From positions 1 through 64,000 of IMG/VR virus record IMGVR_UViG_3300012940_000022: 64,000 nt of DNA. The stretch is one strand, 5' to 3'. This document shows, piece after piece, positions 8,802 through 18,103 of this stretch. Position 1 is the first letter of the stretch; each line of letters starts with the position of its first letter. The notes beneath the pieces were generated by a model. It was not told where the DNA came from and searched no databases. It saw only the letters and a program-made list of their open reading frames with translations. The translations under genes were made by a program, and so were the position numbers. The DNA is from a virus.

Positions 8802-9733
8802 TGGCCTGGGTCAAGATCGACGACCAGTTTTCCCAGCATCCGAAGGTCGCATTAGCCGGTCCTCTGGCGAGTTGGCTCTACGTGTGCGGACTCTGTTACT
8901 GCAACAAGTTCCTCACTGATGGAGTCATTCCCGAGCGGATCGTACCGACACTTGCTGACTTTTCGGGAATCAAAATCGAAGCAAATGACGAAGCAACGAG
9001 TCAAGCAAATGGCGAAGCAAACGCGAAGCAACTTGCTTCGATTTTGGTTCAGGTCGGATTGTGGGAAAAGACGGACGCCGGGTTCTTGATCCATGACTAC
9101 TTGGAATTCAACCCGTCGCGCGATGAAGTGCTTGCCACACGAGAAAAGCGCGCCGCTTCGGGGAGAAATGGAGGAAAGAAGTCCGGAGAGGTTCGTGCAG
9201 CGAAGCAAAATCGAAGCAAAGTGCTTAGCAAATTGCCAAGCAAACTCGAAGCAAACGGTCAAGCAAAACACGAACCCCGTATCCCCATAAGAGTTAACGA
9301 ACAGATTGCTACGCAATCTGGAGCCGAGGCTCCGGACGGCGGCACTCCGAAGCTTGAAGAAGCCAAGGGACAAAACGGCAAGCCGCAGTGGGTGGCGAAG
9401 GGACCGGCGCAAGAACTCGTCGCTTGGTGGGCTGATCACTCGGGCGCCGGTATTCCTGCGATGTTCGATGCGGCGGTGGGTGCTGCTCAGAGACTCATCA
9501 AAGCTGGTCTGACTATCGAGCAGGCGCCGCAGCTATACGCCTACTGTGCCGAATTCCAGAGCGGTGTGACGCTCCAGAAGATGGCCGGTCAATTCGATTC
9601 CTGGCGGGCGGCGGCCACTGCGCCACGCCGACCGCCTCCGAAGCCGCCTCAATCTCCGCGCTCCGCTACTGACCTGATCACAACAACCGGCAAATTCAAC
9701 CCATGGGGTGACTACAAGGACCAGCAGTCATGA
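8801..9733 (+). CDS. Phage replication initiator protein
   Basis: [16 protein letters not shown]...GLCYCNKFLTDG...IHDYLEFNPS; contains internal iterons; upstream of a DnaC-like gene. Confidence 0.75.
   Translation: MAWVKIDDQFSQHPKVALAGPLASWLYVCGLCYCNKFLTDGVIPERIVPTLADFSGIKIEANDEATSQANGEANAKQLASILVQVGLWEKTDAGFLIHDYLEFNPSRDEVLATREKRAASGRNGGKKSGEVRAAKQNRSKVLSKLPSKLEANGQAKHEPRIPIRVNEQIATQSGAEAPDGGTPKLEEAKGQNGKPQWVAKGPAQELVAWWADHSGAGIPAMFDAAVGAAQRLIKAGLTIEQAPQLYAYCAEFQSGVTLQKMAGQFDSWRAAATAPRRPPPKPPQSPRSATDLITTTGKFNPWGDYKDQQS
8977..9270. repeat. Iteron clusters (AAGCAA, 11-12 bp period), probable phage replication origin
   Basis: AAGCAA at 8979, 8991, 9003, 9015, 9026 (inverted TTGCTTCG at 9033) and at 9203, 9214, 9238, 9249, 9261. 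Confidence 0.75.
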
Positions 9734-10239
9734 CCCTGAAACGCTACGAGGGATTCACCCTCGACACCTTTCCGAAGCCCGAAGAGGCGAACCAGATTCT
9801 CGCCTGGCTCAACAGCGGCGAGTGGAAACGCGGCGCGAACTTGATCCTGACGGGTCCGATCGGCACCGGCAAGAGCGGACTCGCCGCGTCGGCGCTGCAC
9901 TGGTTTTCCGAGCATGCCTGGCGAGCGGTTCTGAAGTTTGCCGATGTACCGGAAATGCTCGAACGGTGGCGGCCGCCGGCGGATTTCGACCGTATGGCGC
10001 CCTACCTCACGGCGCACGTCCTGGTCCTCGACGACCTCGGCGTGGAGCGGGCAAGCGAGTGGGTCCGCGAGCGGCTCTACGTCCTGGTGCATCGCCGCTA
10101 CATGGATCGCCTGCCGACGATCGTGACGACGAATCACACCATCTCCACCCTCGCCCAGCACATCGGCGAGCGAACCGTGAGCCGGCTCCAGGATGGCGCA
10201 ACGGTGGTTGCGGTGACCGGCAAGGACTTGCGGCGATGA
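9730..10239 (+). CDS. DnaC/IstB-like helicase loader ATPase
   Basis: GPIGTGKS Walker A, VLVLDDLGVE Walker B, RY...PTIVTTN, SRL. Confidence 0.9.
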   Translation: MTLKRYEGFTLDTFPKPEEANQILAWLNSGEWKRGANLILTGPIGTGKSGLAASALHWFSEHAWRAVLKFADVPEMLERWRPPADFDRMAPYLTAHVLVLDDLGVERASEWVRERLYVLVHRRYMDRLPTIVTTNHTISTLAQHIGERTVSRLQDGATVVAVTGKDLRR

Positions 10240-10754
10240 GCAGCCACTGGACGTCGATCGGCGACACCCTCAAACCGAAACGGCAGCCAACTCCGCTTGA
10301 GCAAGAAGCCATCGGCGAGGTCTACGAGCTGGCTCGGAGATTTGCCGCCGGCGATAGCTTGGTCGAAGAAATCCGGGCTGCGACGTCGCCTCGGCAACGA
10401 CGGTTGGCGGCGGAATTCACCGGCGCGGACCATGCCGACTTCGCCGCGCTGATGTTGATGCTCGATGCCCTCACTCGCTCCGAGCCTGGTGTGATTGTCA
10501 CGGCGACCGGGGTTCTCGCTGATGAAGAGCTCGGCAATGCACGGATCACTCGCGAGAACGGTCGCGACGTTGTCGCCTTCCCGATCCGAACGCCATGGCG
10601 GATCAAGCCGGACGAGAACGGCGAGGGTGGGGTTCGCGGAGAGCCGATCTATCGGTCGGAACGAGAGCGCGGCCCCGAGTACGGCGAGTTCCGCGTATCG
10701 ACCGGCGAGATTGTGACGAAGCAACGGGAGCCGGAATGGTGGGAAACCGAATGA
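10236..10754 (+). CDS. Hypothetical phage protein
   Basis: ATGA overlap with the DnaC-like gene. Confidence 0.6.
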   Translation: MSSHWTSIGDTLKPKRQPTPLEQEAIGEVYELARRFAAGDSLVEEIRAATSPRQRRLAAEFTGADHADFAALMLMLDALTRSEPGVIVTATGVLADEELGNARITRENGRDVVAFPIRTPWRIKPDENGEGGVRGEPIYRSERERGPEYGEFRVSTGEIVTKQREPEWWETE

Positions 10755-11185
10755 CCACCGACCGCGTCTCCATCCCGCGCGCCGTTGCGGTAGCCCTCGA
10801 GCGATTGACCGCCGTCACCGTCGCCACCATCGAGACCTTCGAGCAACAGGGCAAACCGATCGGCCGCAACACCTATCGCGATGCGGTTTGGATGCATAGC
10901 GAACTGCTGAAAGCGCTCGACCCGAAACCGATCAGAGCGCTGCCGACCACACCCAACCTGACCATTCTCCCCTGCCCGAGCAAGGAGCAAATCACGAGTG
11001 AAAGCAACGATCAAACAACTCGACTTAGCGAAAGCGCTGGATCTGGCGCGCCGGGGATTGCCGAGCAAGACCGCGATGCCGATTCTCAACCACTTCCTAA
11101 TCACCGCGGAGCAGGGAGCCCTGCACATCAGCGCAACCGACCTGCAGCTCGGCATCAGCGCCGTGGCGGTCGCCGAGGTCGCTGA
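10751..11185 (+). CDS. Hypothetical protein (3' end overlaps dnaN)
   Basis: ATGA overlap; the C-terminal 60 aa overlap dnaN and are uncertain. Confidence 0.45.
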   Translation: MTTDRVSIPRAVAVALERLTAVTVATIETFEQQGKPIGRNTYRDAVWMHSELLKALDPKPIRALPTTPNLTILPCPSKEQITSESNDQTTRLSESAGSGAPGIAEQDRDADSQPLPNHRGAGSPAHQRNRPAARHQRRGGRRGR

Positions 11186-12137
11186 AGACGGGCAGTTCAC
11201 CGTCGATGGCGAGCGGTTCACCGAGTGGGTCAAAGGACTGCCGCCGACACATCCGGTGACGCTGAGTATGCCAACCGGTAAATCGCGCAACGTCCTCTCA
11301 GTGACCGCAGGTCCGGCAAGCTGCAAGATCAATTGCCTCGATGTGGAGGACTATCCCGTCACGCCAACGACCGTGGACGATGCGACGATGATCGCCGTAG
11401 GTGGGGAGCAGCTCGCCACGCTGATCAACCAGGTTGCGATCGCTGCGGCGAAGGATGCATCGCGCCCGGTCCTTTCTGGCGTCTATGTCGAAGCGGACGG
11501 GGCCCTCCTGACGATGGCCGCTGCGGATGGATTTCGGCTTGCTGCCGGATCAGTGCAACTCGCTGATCCGTTGTCCGCCAAGATCACCACGATCATTCCA
11601 GCCGTTGCGCTACGAGAGCTCGCATCGATGGCGAGCGACCAGTCGAGTCCGGTGGTGGCTGGTCTCAACACCGAGGCAAGTCAGGCAACGGCGCACCTGT
11701 TTGCAAGTGAGTGGGTGTCATCGCTGATCGAGGGCACCTTTCCGAACTTCCGACTCATCATTCCCCGCGAATTCGCTACCGAGGTCGTCATCGACCGGGC
11801 TGATCTGCTTGCGGCGACCAAGCGTGCCCGCGGCTTTGCCAAGGACAACAACGACACGCTTCGGCTCGAGATTCGCGATGCCTCGGTGTTGGTGTCGGCG
11901 ATCGCCCTCGATCGCGGGGACACGCAGACCGTGCTTCCGGCAGAGATCACCGGTCCGGGCCTCGACATCATGGTTGATGAGCGCTACTTCACTGCGGCCG
12001 TTTCCGTATTGGATGGCGAGCAGGTCTATCTCGGATTCAACGACTTCAAATCCGCGATCGTCATCCAGCCCAGCCGCGACGCGGCACTGACGCACGTCGT
12101 CATGCCGAAGGTGACCAAGGCTGAGGGAGCGAACTAA
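10998..12137 (+). CDS. dnaN: DNA polymerase III beta sliding clamp (phage-encoded)
   Basis: AMPILNHFLI..ATDLQLGI, SRPVLSGV, AADGFRLA, LIEGTFPNFRLIIP, VVMP; AAGGAG RBS. Confidence 0.92.
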   Translation: MKATIKQLDLAKALDLARRGLPSKTAMPILNHFLITAEQGALHISATDLQLGISAVAVAEVAEDGQFTVDGERFTEWVKGLPPTHPVTLSMPTGKSRNVLSVTAGPASCKINCLDVEDYPVTPTTVDDATMIAVGGEQLATLINQVAIAAAKDASRPVLSGVYVEADGALLTMAAADGFRLAAGSVQLADPLSAKITTIIPAVALRELASMASDQSSPVVAGLNTEASQATAHLFASEWVSSLIEGTFPNFRLIIPREFATEVVIDRADLLAATKRARGFAKDNNDTLRLEIRDASVLVSAIALDRGDTQTVLPAEITGPGLDIMVDERYFTAAVSVLDGEQVYLGFNDFKSAIVIQPSRDAALTHVVMPKVTKAEGAN

Positions 12138-12139
12138 CC

Positions 12140-12469
12140 ATGCAGAGCAACCCTTTACCGGCGATGCCGGAACAATCTGTCGATCAGCCGATCACGGTCA
12201 AAGTCGGCCAAACGCTTGTCATCGAAGATGGCGACTTTGCTCTCGATAAATTCCGGATCACGGAGCATGGGCTATTCACCGCCACGATCAAATCAACTGC
12301 CGATACCTTCGTCGCCACCCACGCCGAATGCCGGCACTGCCACTTCACTGCGGAAACAACTTCGGAAGACGACGACCAGTCTGGATTCGAGTACCGGGTC
12401 TGGAATCACGAGCAGGACAACCCCGGCCACGTCATTGGCTATCGGACTGAGACGGAGAGGTGTTGGTAA
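12140..12469 (+). CDS. Hypothetical protein with CxxC...H
   Basis: Operon context. Confidence 0.55.
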   Translation: MQSNPLPAMPEQSVDQPITVKVGQTLVIEDGDFALDKFRITEHGLFTATIKSTADTFVATHAECRHCHFTAETTSEDDDQSGFEYRVWNHEQDNPGHVIGYRTETERCW

Positions 12470-12801
12470 TGAGCGACCAGACCTTCGACATCTGGGCTGT
12501 CGTGGAACTAATGGGCCATCGCCGTGTAGTTGGTCGCGTAACCGAGCAAGAGATCGCCGGCGCCGGTTTCCTTCGCATCGACATCCCGTCCGATCCGCCG
12601 CAGACCCAGTTTTATGCCCCGGGCTCGGTCTACGCACTGACTCCAGTCAGTGAAGAGGCGGTGCGCGTGGCGGCGAAACGATCGACAGATCCGATCACTG
12701 AGTGGGAGTTGCCGGCGCACATCCGGGCAGGAATAAGGCTGGCCGCACCTGACCGCTCGATCCCCGATGGCGAAGACGAAGATGACGAGGTGGCGTTCTG
12801 A
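12469..12801 (+). CDS. Conserved phage hypothetical protein
   Basis: WAVVELMGHRRVVGRVTEQEIAGAGFLRIDIP...TQFYAPGSVYALTP, a motif recurrent in phages. Confidence 0.7.
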   Translation: MSDQTFDIWAVVELMGHRRVVGRVTEQEIAGAGFLRIDIPSDPPQTQFYAPGSVYALTPVSEEAVRVAAKRSTDPITEWELPAHIRAGIRLAAPDRSIPDGEDEDDEVAF

Positions 12802-13433
12802 TGAGCGACCTGATTCAGCAATCCCTCTTCAGTGCCGCTCCATCCGCCGAGCGCCTCACCCCGGCAACGCCGCGTGACCGCGCGATCGATTGGGCGATCC
12901 GGATGGTGGCGAATCCCGATGTCGTGTACCTCGATCTGGAGACTACAGGCATCGGATCAGACGCCGAAATCTGCGATGTGGGAATTGTGGCCGCCGACGG
13001 CTCGGTGCTAGTTGATACGTTGGTGCGGCCAGAAAACCCGATTCCTGCCGAAGCGGAAGCGGTGCACCATATCAGCGACCTCATGGTGAAGGATGCTCCG
13101 ACATTCCCCGAGGTGATCGACACAATTCGATCGGCGGTTGGAGGCAAAGTGCTCCTGGTTTATAACCTCGGATACGATCTCCCACTCATCAATCGCGTTT
13201 GTCAGCGCTACGACCTGCCTCCGATCTCGCTTGATATCGCCGGGCGTGGATGCGCAATGCTCGCCTACTCCGATCTGATCGGCGAACTCAACGAATGGGG
13301 CAAGCCCCGCTGGCACAAGCTTGATAAGGCCGCCGAGCGCTACGGCATTCCGCCTGGCGGACACCGCGCGCTTGCGGATGCCATCACGGCGCGTCTCGTG
13401 GTGATTGGGATGTCCAAGGAGTTGGCTTCGTGA
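12801..13433 (+). CDS. DEDDh 3'-5' exonuclease (DnaQ-like)
   Basis: LDLETTG, YNLGYD, HRALADA motifs. Confidence 0.9.
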   Translation: MSDLIQQSLFSAAPSAERLTPATPRDRAIDWAIRMVANPDVVYLDLETTGIGSDAEICDVGIVAADGSVLVDTLVRPENPIPAEAEAVHHISDLMVKDAPTFPEVIDTIRSAVGGKVLLVYNLGYDLPLINRVCQRYDLPPISLDIAGRGCAMLAYSDLIGELNEWGKPRWHKLDKAAERYGIPPGGHRALADAITARLVVIGMSKELAS

Positions 13434-13464
13434 TGTCAATTCTCTCGGAGATTCCCGGGGTTTT

Positions 13465-13549
13465 TGGTATAATTCCGGAAACCAATAGAAGTGCCGGGGC
13501 GATGCTGGAACATCCCCCGGCGCGGTCAAACGACGCAAGGAGGTCGTTC
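13465..13549 (+). promoter_or_regulatory. Internal extended -10 promoter and structured leader of the HNH gene
   Basis: TGG-TATAAT 13465-13473; hairpin GCCGGGG...CCCCGGC 13493-13521; AACGAC-gcaaggag-GTCGTT hairpin overlapping the RBS. Confidence 0.6.
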
Positions 13550-13552
13550 GAC

Positions 13553-14173
13553 ATGGCGGAGCATACCCCAAGTATTCCCCATGCGGAAAAGAAGAAGCGC
13601 GTTCGCGGCCCGCTCGCCGATCGACTGTGGTCGCGCGTGGATCGCCGTGGGCCCGATGAGTGCTGGCCCTGGCAAGGCGCAACAAACAAGAAAGGCTACG
13701 GCGCTCTATGGAACGGCGTCGATAAGAACGTCGGTGCGCATGTCGCCGCTTACGAACTCACATTCGGGCCAATACCCGATGGGATGGATGCATGTCACAC
13801 ATGCGATAACCCGTCGTGCTGCAATCCGGCGCACATCTTTCCAGGAACCCGGAGAGACAACATGCAGGATTGCGCTGCAAAGGGGCGCAATGGCTCTCAA
13901 CGTCATCCCGAACGGAGACCGCGCGGAGATCAGCATTGGGCGAGGACGAGTCCTGAGCGCTTAGCTCGCGGCGAAAGGGCAAACGCCGGGAAGGGCGTCC
14001 TCACTGTAGATCAGGTAATGGAAATCCGGAGGATTTACGCAGCCGGAGGGATATCTCAAGCCGCTCTTGGACGAAAGTTTGGAGTCTCACAAACCCAAAT
14101 CGGCAAGATCGTCCGTGGCGAGCGCTGGTCGTGGCTAGCTGATGAGGGGACAGCGAAGGCGGTGAGCGTATGA
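13553..14173 (+). CDS. HNH homing endonuclease with C-terminal HTH
   Basis: CWPWQG..KGYG, AHVAAYEL..GPIPDG..ACHTCDNPSCCNPAHIFPGT..DN; SQAALGRKFGVSQTQIGKIVRG. Confidence 0.9.
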   Translation: MAEHTPSIPHAEKKKRVRGPLADRLWSRVDRRGPDECWPWQGATNKKGYGALWNGVDKNVGAHVAAYELTFGPIPDGMDACHTCDNPSCCNPAHIFPGTRRDNMQDCAAKGRNGSQRHPERRPRGDQHWARTSPERLARGERANAGKGVLTVDQVMEIRRIYAAGGISQAALGRKFGVSQTQIGKIVRGERWSWLADEGTAKAVSV

Positions 14174-14454
14174 CCGTCTACGTTGACGAGGCCATGATCC
14201 CGTATCGCGGAATGCGCATGAACCATCTCATCGCTGACACCCACGAAGAGCTCATCGCGATGGTGCGCAAGATCGGGGTGCAGGAAAAGTGGATTCAGTA
14301 CCCCGGCACGCCGAAAGAACACTTCGACATCGCGGCTTCGAAGCGCGAGCTCGCGATCAAGCATGGTGCCGTGCCGATTACACCGCTCCAACTGGGCGAA
14401 CTGCTCATGGAGCGAAATCGGCAGGCGTCGATGGCGAATGAGGTGGCTCAATGA
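14170..14454 (+). CDS. DUF4031-like protein
   Basis: MTVYVD...HLIADTHEEL...IGV..KWIQ...HFDI..SKRELAIKHGA. Confidence 0.8.
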   Translation: MTVYVDEAMIPYRGMRMNHLIADTHEELIAMVRKIGVQEKWIQYPGTPKEHFDIAASKRELAIKHGAVPITPLQLGELLMERNRQASMANEVAQ

Positions 14455-14891
14455 AAGCCATCAGCGTCATCCAACCCTGGGCCTGGCTACTCGCCTCGGA
14501 GAACAAGCAGTTCGAAACGAGATCGTGGAGCACGACGTATCGCGGACCGATCGCCATACACGCCAGCCGGCGAACAGCTGAATCGGACGCCTCCTACTAC
14601 GGCATGCTGCACGATAAGCGGATCGCAGTTGAACTTCTTGCTCGAAACATTCCGGTGGTTACCGATCTCGCATACGGCGCCGTGATCGGCACGGCCGAGC
14701 TCGTCGCCTGTCATCCCGTCGAGGATCTCTGGCTTGACCTCGGCGTGTTTGAGGGACGGGTCGGGAACTTCGATTCCGGACGGTTCGCGTGGGAGCTTCG
14801 CGGCGCGGTGCTTCTGCCACGGCCAGTCCCGGTTCGTGGCAACCAGGGGCTTTGGGAGTTTGACGAGTCGTTGATCGGAGCACTGGCATGA
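14451..14891 (+). CDS. ASCH domain protein
   Basis: MKAISVIQPWAWL...KQFETRSWSTTYRGPIAIHAS...RGNQGLW. Confidence 0.9.
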   Translation: MKAISVIQPWAWLLASENKQFETRSWSTTYRGPIAIHASRRTAESDASYYGMLHDKRIAVELLARNIPVVTDLAYGAVIGTAELVACHPVEDLWLDLGVFEGRVGNFDSGRFAWELRGAVLLPRPVPVRGNQGLWEFDESLIGALA

Positions 14892-15364
14892 CCACCACCT
14901 CTACCCTCTCCGACCTCTCCACGACGGACCTCTTCGAGCGTCTCGGCATTGTTGACGACGATATCGCCGCGGCGGAAGACCGGATGCGCAGCGCGAAGGC
15001 CTTCCGCGAGGAAATCCGGGTCGAGATCGAATCGCGGCTCCGCGAAAGCGGCGCGGCGAAGCTCGACGATCCGGACTCTGGCTATTCGGCGACGCTGCGA
15101 AGGACCGCGAGATGGAACGTCGATGAGGACGCGGTAACGAAATACCTCACCGAGCACGGCACGCTCGACGCCTACATGGTCCGCGTGCTCGATCGCGAGC
15201 TCGTATTGGCGGTGGGGAAGAAACGGCCGATGCCGGGGGTGGCGAAGACCGAGACGGAGTCGCTGGTGATTCATCGCCCGAAGCCGGTGGTGATGCCGGA
15301 TTTGGCGCAGCGGTTTGGGTCGGCTGAGCAGAAAGGGACGGTGGGCGATGAGCTTCCCTTCTAG
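14888..15364 (+). CDS. Hypothetical protein (Gp157/Gam-like coiled coil, DELPF tail)
   Basis: N-terminal coiled coil, PMPGVAKTETESLVI, SSB-like C-terminal DELPF. Confidence 0.55.
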   Translation: MTTTSTLSDLSTTDLFERLGIVDDDIAAAEDRMRSAKAFREEIRVEIESRLRESGAAKLDDPDSGYSATLRRTARWNVDEDAVTKYLTEHGTLDAYMVRVLDRELVLAVGKKRPMPGVAKTETESLVIHRPKPVVMPDLAQRFGSAEQKGTVGDELPF

Positions 15365-16757
15365 TTCCTACGCCGACTTCATCGAGCGTAAATCGCAACT
15401 CGACGGAAATTTTGGGTTCGATCCGAAATTCATGCCCGATGCCGCGAAGCCGCTCCAGGTTGCGCTCACCGAATGGTCAGCGCGCAAGGGGCGCGCCGGC
15501 ATCTTTGCCGATACCGGTCTCGGCAAGACGTTGATGGAGCTCAGCTGGGCGGAAAACGTCGTGCGACGAACCGGCAAGCCAGTGCTGCTCTTGACCCCGC
15601 TTGCCGTCGCCCCACAGACCGTCCGCGAGGCGGAGAAGTTCGGCATCTCGGCCGAGCAGTCGCGGAACGGCGAGGTATCGCGCCGCATCGTCGTGGCCAA
15701 TTACGAGCGACTCCACTACTTCAACCCGGCCGATTTTGGGGCGGTCGTCTGCGACGAATCCAGCTGCATCAAGAACGCGAAGTCCCGGACGAAGGCCGAG
15801 GTTGTGGCGTTCATGCGCAAAACGCAATTTCGCTTGCTCGCCACCGCCACGCCGGCGCCGAACGACTACCCCGAATTCGGCACGTCGTCAGAAGCCCTCG
15901 GGTATCTCGGATTCATGGAGATGCTCGAGCGGTTTTTCAAGAACGACAAGAACAACTCCGAGACGGCCCGGGTCTACGGCCGGGCGTCGATGTGGCGATT
16001 CAAGGGTCACGCCGAGCAACCCTTCTGGCGCTGGCTATCTTCCTGGGCACGCGCGGTGCGCAAGCCATCCGATCTCGGGTTCTCGGACGAGGGCTACGAC
16101 TTGCCTCCGCTCACTTATCGGACGCACCTCGTGCAGCCGCGGTCAACGCAGTCTGGCATGCTCTTCGATCTGCCGGCATCCGGGTTTTTCGAAGTCAAGC
16201 AGGAGCGCAACCGCACCGTTGCGGAGCGCTGCGAGCAAGCGGCTGCCATCGCGAACGACACGACGGATCCGGTTGTCGTCTGGTGTTACCGAAATAATGA
16301 AGGGGAGCTCCTCGAAAAGCTGATTCCGGATGCCCTGCAGGTCTCGGGGGCCGATTCCGACGACGACAAAGAAGCGAAGCTGCTGGCGTTCACGGATGGC
16401 AACGCCCGTGTGCTCATCACCAAGCCGGTGATCGGCGCCTGGGGGCTGAACTGGCAGCACTGCAACCGCGTGGTGATGTTTCCCGACTACTCCTTCGAGC
16501 AGCACTATCAGGCGGTCCGGCGCTGCTGGCGCTTCGGCCAGACCCGTCCAGTCACAGTTGATCTGGTCACAACACCCGGCGAGGCCGATGTGCTCGATCG
16601 ACTCCAGCGCAAATCCGCTCAAGCCGATCGCATGTTCACTGAGCTGGTCGCTCACATGAATCAAGAACTCCACATCGACCGTCGCGGGATGCCGTCGGTG
16701 GAGACCGCGCTGCCAGCCTGGCTCGCCGGCGATGCCGAGAAAGTGAGCGCCGCCTAG
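15348..16757 (+). CDS. SF2 (SNF2-like) helicase
   Basis: DTGLGKT, DESS, ATATPAPND, GLNWQHC, QAVRRCWRFGQ. Confidence 0.88.
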   Translation: MSFPSSSYADFIERKSQLDGNFGFDPKFMPDAAKPLQVALTEWSARKGRAGIFADTGLGKTLMELSWAENVVRRTGKPVLLLTPLAVAPQTVREAEKFGISAEQSRNGEVSRRIVVANYERLHYFNPADFGAVVCDESSCIKNAKSRTKAEVVAFMRKTQFRLLATATPAPNDYPEFGTSSEALGYLGFMEMLERFFKNDKNNSETARVYGRASMWRFKGHAEQPFWRWLSSWARAVRKPSDLGFSDEGYDLPPLTYRTHLVQPRSTQSGMLFDLPASGFFEVKQERNRTVAERCEQAAAIANDTTDPVVVWCYRNNEGELLEKLIPDALQVSGADSDDDKEAKLLAFTDGNARVLITKPVIGAWGLNWQHCNRVVMFPDYSFEQHYQAVRRCWRFGQTRPVTVDLVTTPGEADVLDRLQRKSAQADRMFTELVAHMNQELHIDRRGMPSVETALPAWLAGDAEKVSAA

Positions 16758-17750
16758 ATGGCTGTTTACGATCAAGTCATCACCGATCACTACGCCCTCT
16801 ATAACGGCGATGCGATTGAGGTGATGGCCACGTTTCCTGACGAATCCATCCATTTCTCGATCTACTCGCCGCCGTTCGCGCGGGATCATGGCGGGCTCTT
16901 CGTTTATTCGAGCGATGAGCGCGATCTATCAAACAATGACAGCTACGAATCCTTCTTTGCGCACTACGCGTTCGCCGTTGATCAACTGACGCGGGTGACG
17001 ATGCCGGGGCGGATGACCGCCGTGCATTGCATGGATGTGCCGAGCGGCAACAGCGGCAACGATCACCTGATCGATTTCCCCGGCGACATCATCCGCCTCT
17101 ATGAGCGCTTCGGCTGGAAGTACACGCACCGCTACCACGTCTGGAAAGAGCCGCTCACGGTCCGCAATCGCACCCTTGCCAAAGGACTCTTTCATCAAAC
17201 GCTGGTCGAGGATTCGTCGCGCTGCTCCCTCGCGGTTGCCGATTATCTGTTGATCTTCCGGCGCAAGGGCGAAAACCCGATTCCAATCGCGCACCCGAAC
17301 GGCCTCCTGGAATACGCCGGCGAGCGGCCGATCCCAGCCGAGTTGCTCAAGTACAAAGGCTGGCAAGGGAAGCAAATCGAAAACCAGTACTCGCACTGGA
17401 TCTGGCGCCAATACGCCTCGGCCTTCTGGGATGACGTGCGCCTCGACCGCGTGCTGCCCTATCAGGAAGCCAGAGACGAGGAAGACGAGAAGCACGTTCA
17501 CCCGCTGCAGCTCGATGTCATCGACCGCGCGATAGTGCTCTGGAGCAACCCCGGCGAGCGGGTAATGACGCCATTCATGGGGGTCGGTTCAGAGGTCTAC
17601 GGCGCCGTGCGTGCCGGCCGCTTCGGCATCGGGGTCGAGCTCAAGGCCGCCTATTTCCGCCAGGCGGTGAAGAACGTCGAGCGGGCGCGTGTCGAGCACG
17701 TGCAGGAGCAGATGCCGCTCTTCGCGGGACTGAGCGAGGTGGCGTCATGA
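16758..17750 (+). CDS. N4-cytosine/N6-adenine DNA methyltransferase (beta class)
   Basis: YSPPF catalytic motif, HVHPLQLDVI, TPFMGVGSE SAM-binding motif. Confidence 0.88.
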   Translation: MAVYDQVITDHYALYNGDAIEVMATFPDESIHFSIYSPPFARDHGGLFVYSSDERDLSNNDSYESFFAHYAFAVDQLTRVTMPGRMTAVHCMDVPSGNSGNDHLIDFPGDIIRLYERFGWKYTHRYHVWKEPLTVRNRTLAKGLFHQTLVEDSSRCSLAVADYLLIFRRKGENPIPIAHPNGLLEYAGERPIPAELLKYKGWQGKQIENQYSHWIWRQYASAFWDDVRLDRVLPYQEARDEEDEKHVHPLQLDVIDRAIVLWSNPGERVMTPFMGVGSEVYGAVRAGRFGIGVELKAAYFRQAVKNVERARVEHVQEQMPLFAGLSEVAS

Positions 17751-18103
17751 CCGGCCGTGTGGTGCACGTCAAGGACAACGTGCCAGGCGCGGTGTACATC
17801 GGTCGAGCAACGCGCTCGCATCCAAAAGGATCAATTCTCGGCAATCCATTCAAGATCGGACGAGACGGGACGCGAGCGGAGTGTGTTCAACGGTATCGTG
17901 ACTGGCTCCCGACGGCAATTCACCAGTACCCGGCAATGATCAACGAGTTGATTGCTCTTCGGGGGCACGACCTGGCATGTTGGTGTCGCCACGAAAACGA
18001 CGAAAAGCGCATCGGCAATGCCTGCCATGGCGATGTGCTCCTTGATCTCCTGGAGCGGTACACCGACGACGAGCTACGTGCGATGAGTGAGGTGACGTCG
18101 TGA
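17747..18103 (+). CDS. DUF4326-like protein
   Basis: VYIGR...GNPFKIGRDGTR...LRGHDLACWC...CHGDVL. Confidence 0.85.
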   Translation: MTGRVVHVKDNVPGAVYIGRATRSHPKGSILGNPFKIGRDGTRAECVQRYRDWLPTAIHQYPAMINELIALRGHDLACWCRHENDEKRIGNACHGDVLLDLLERYTDDELRAMSEVTS

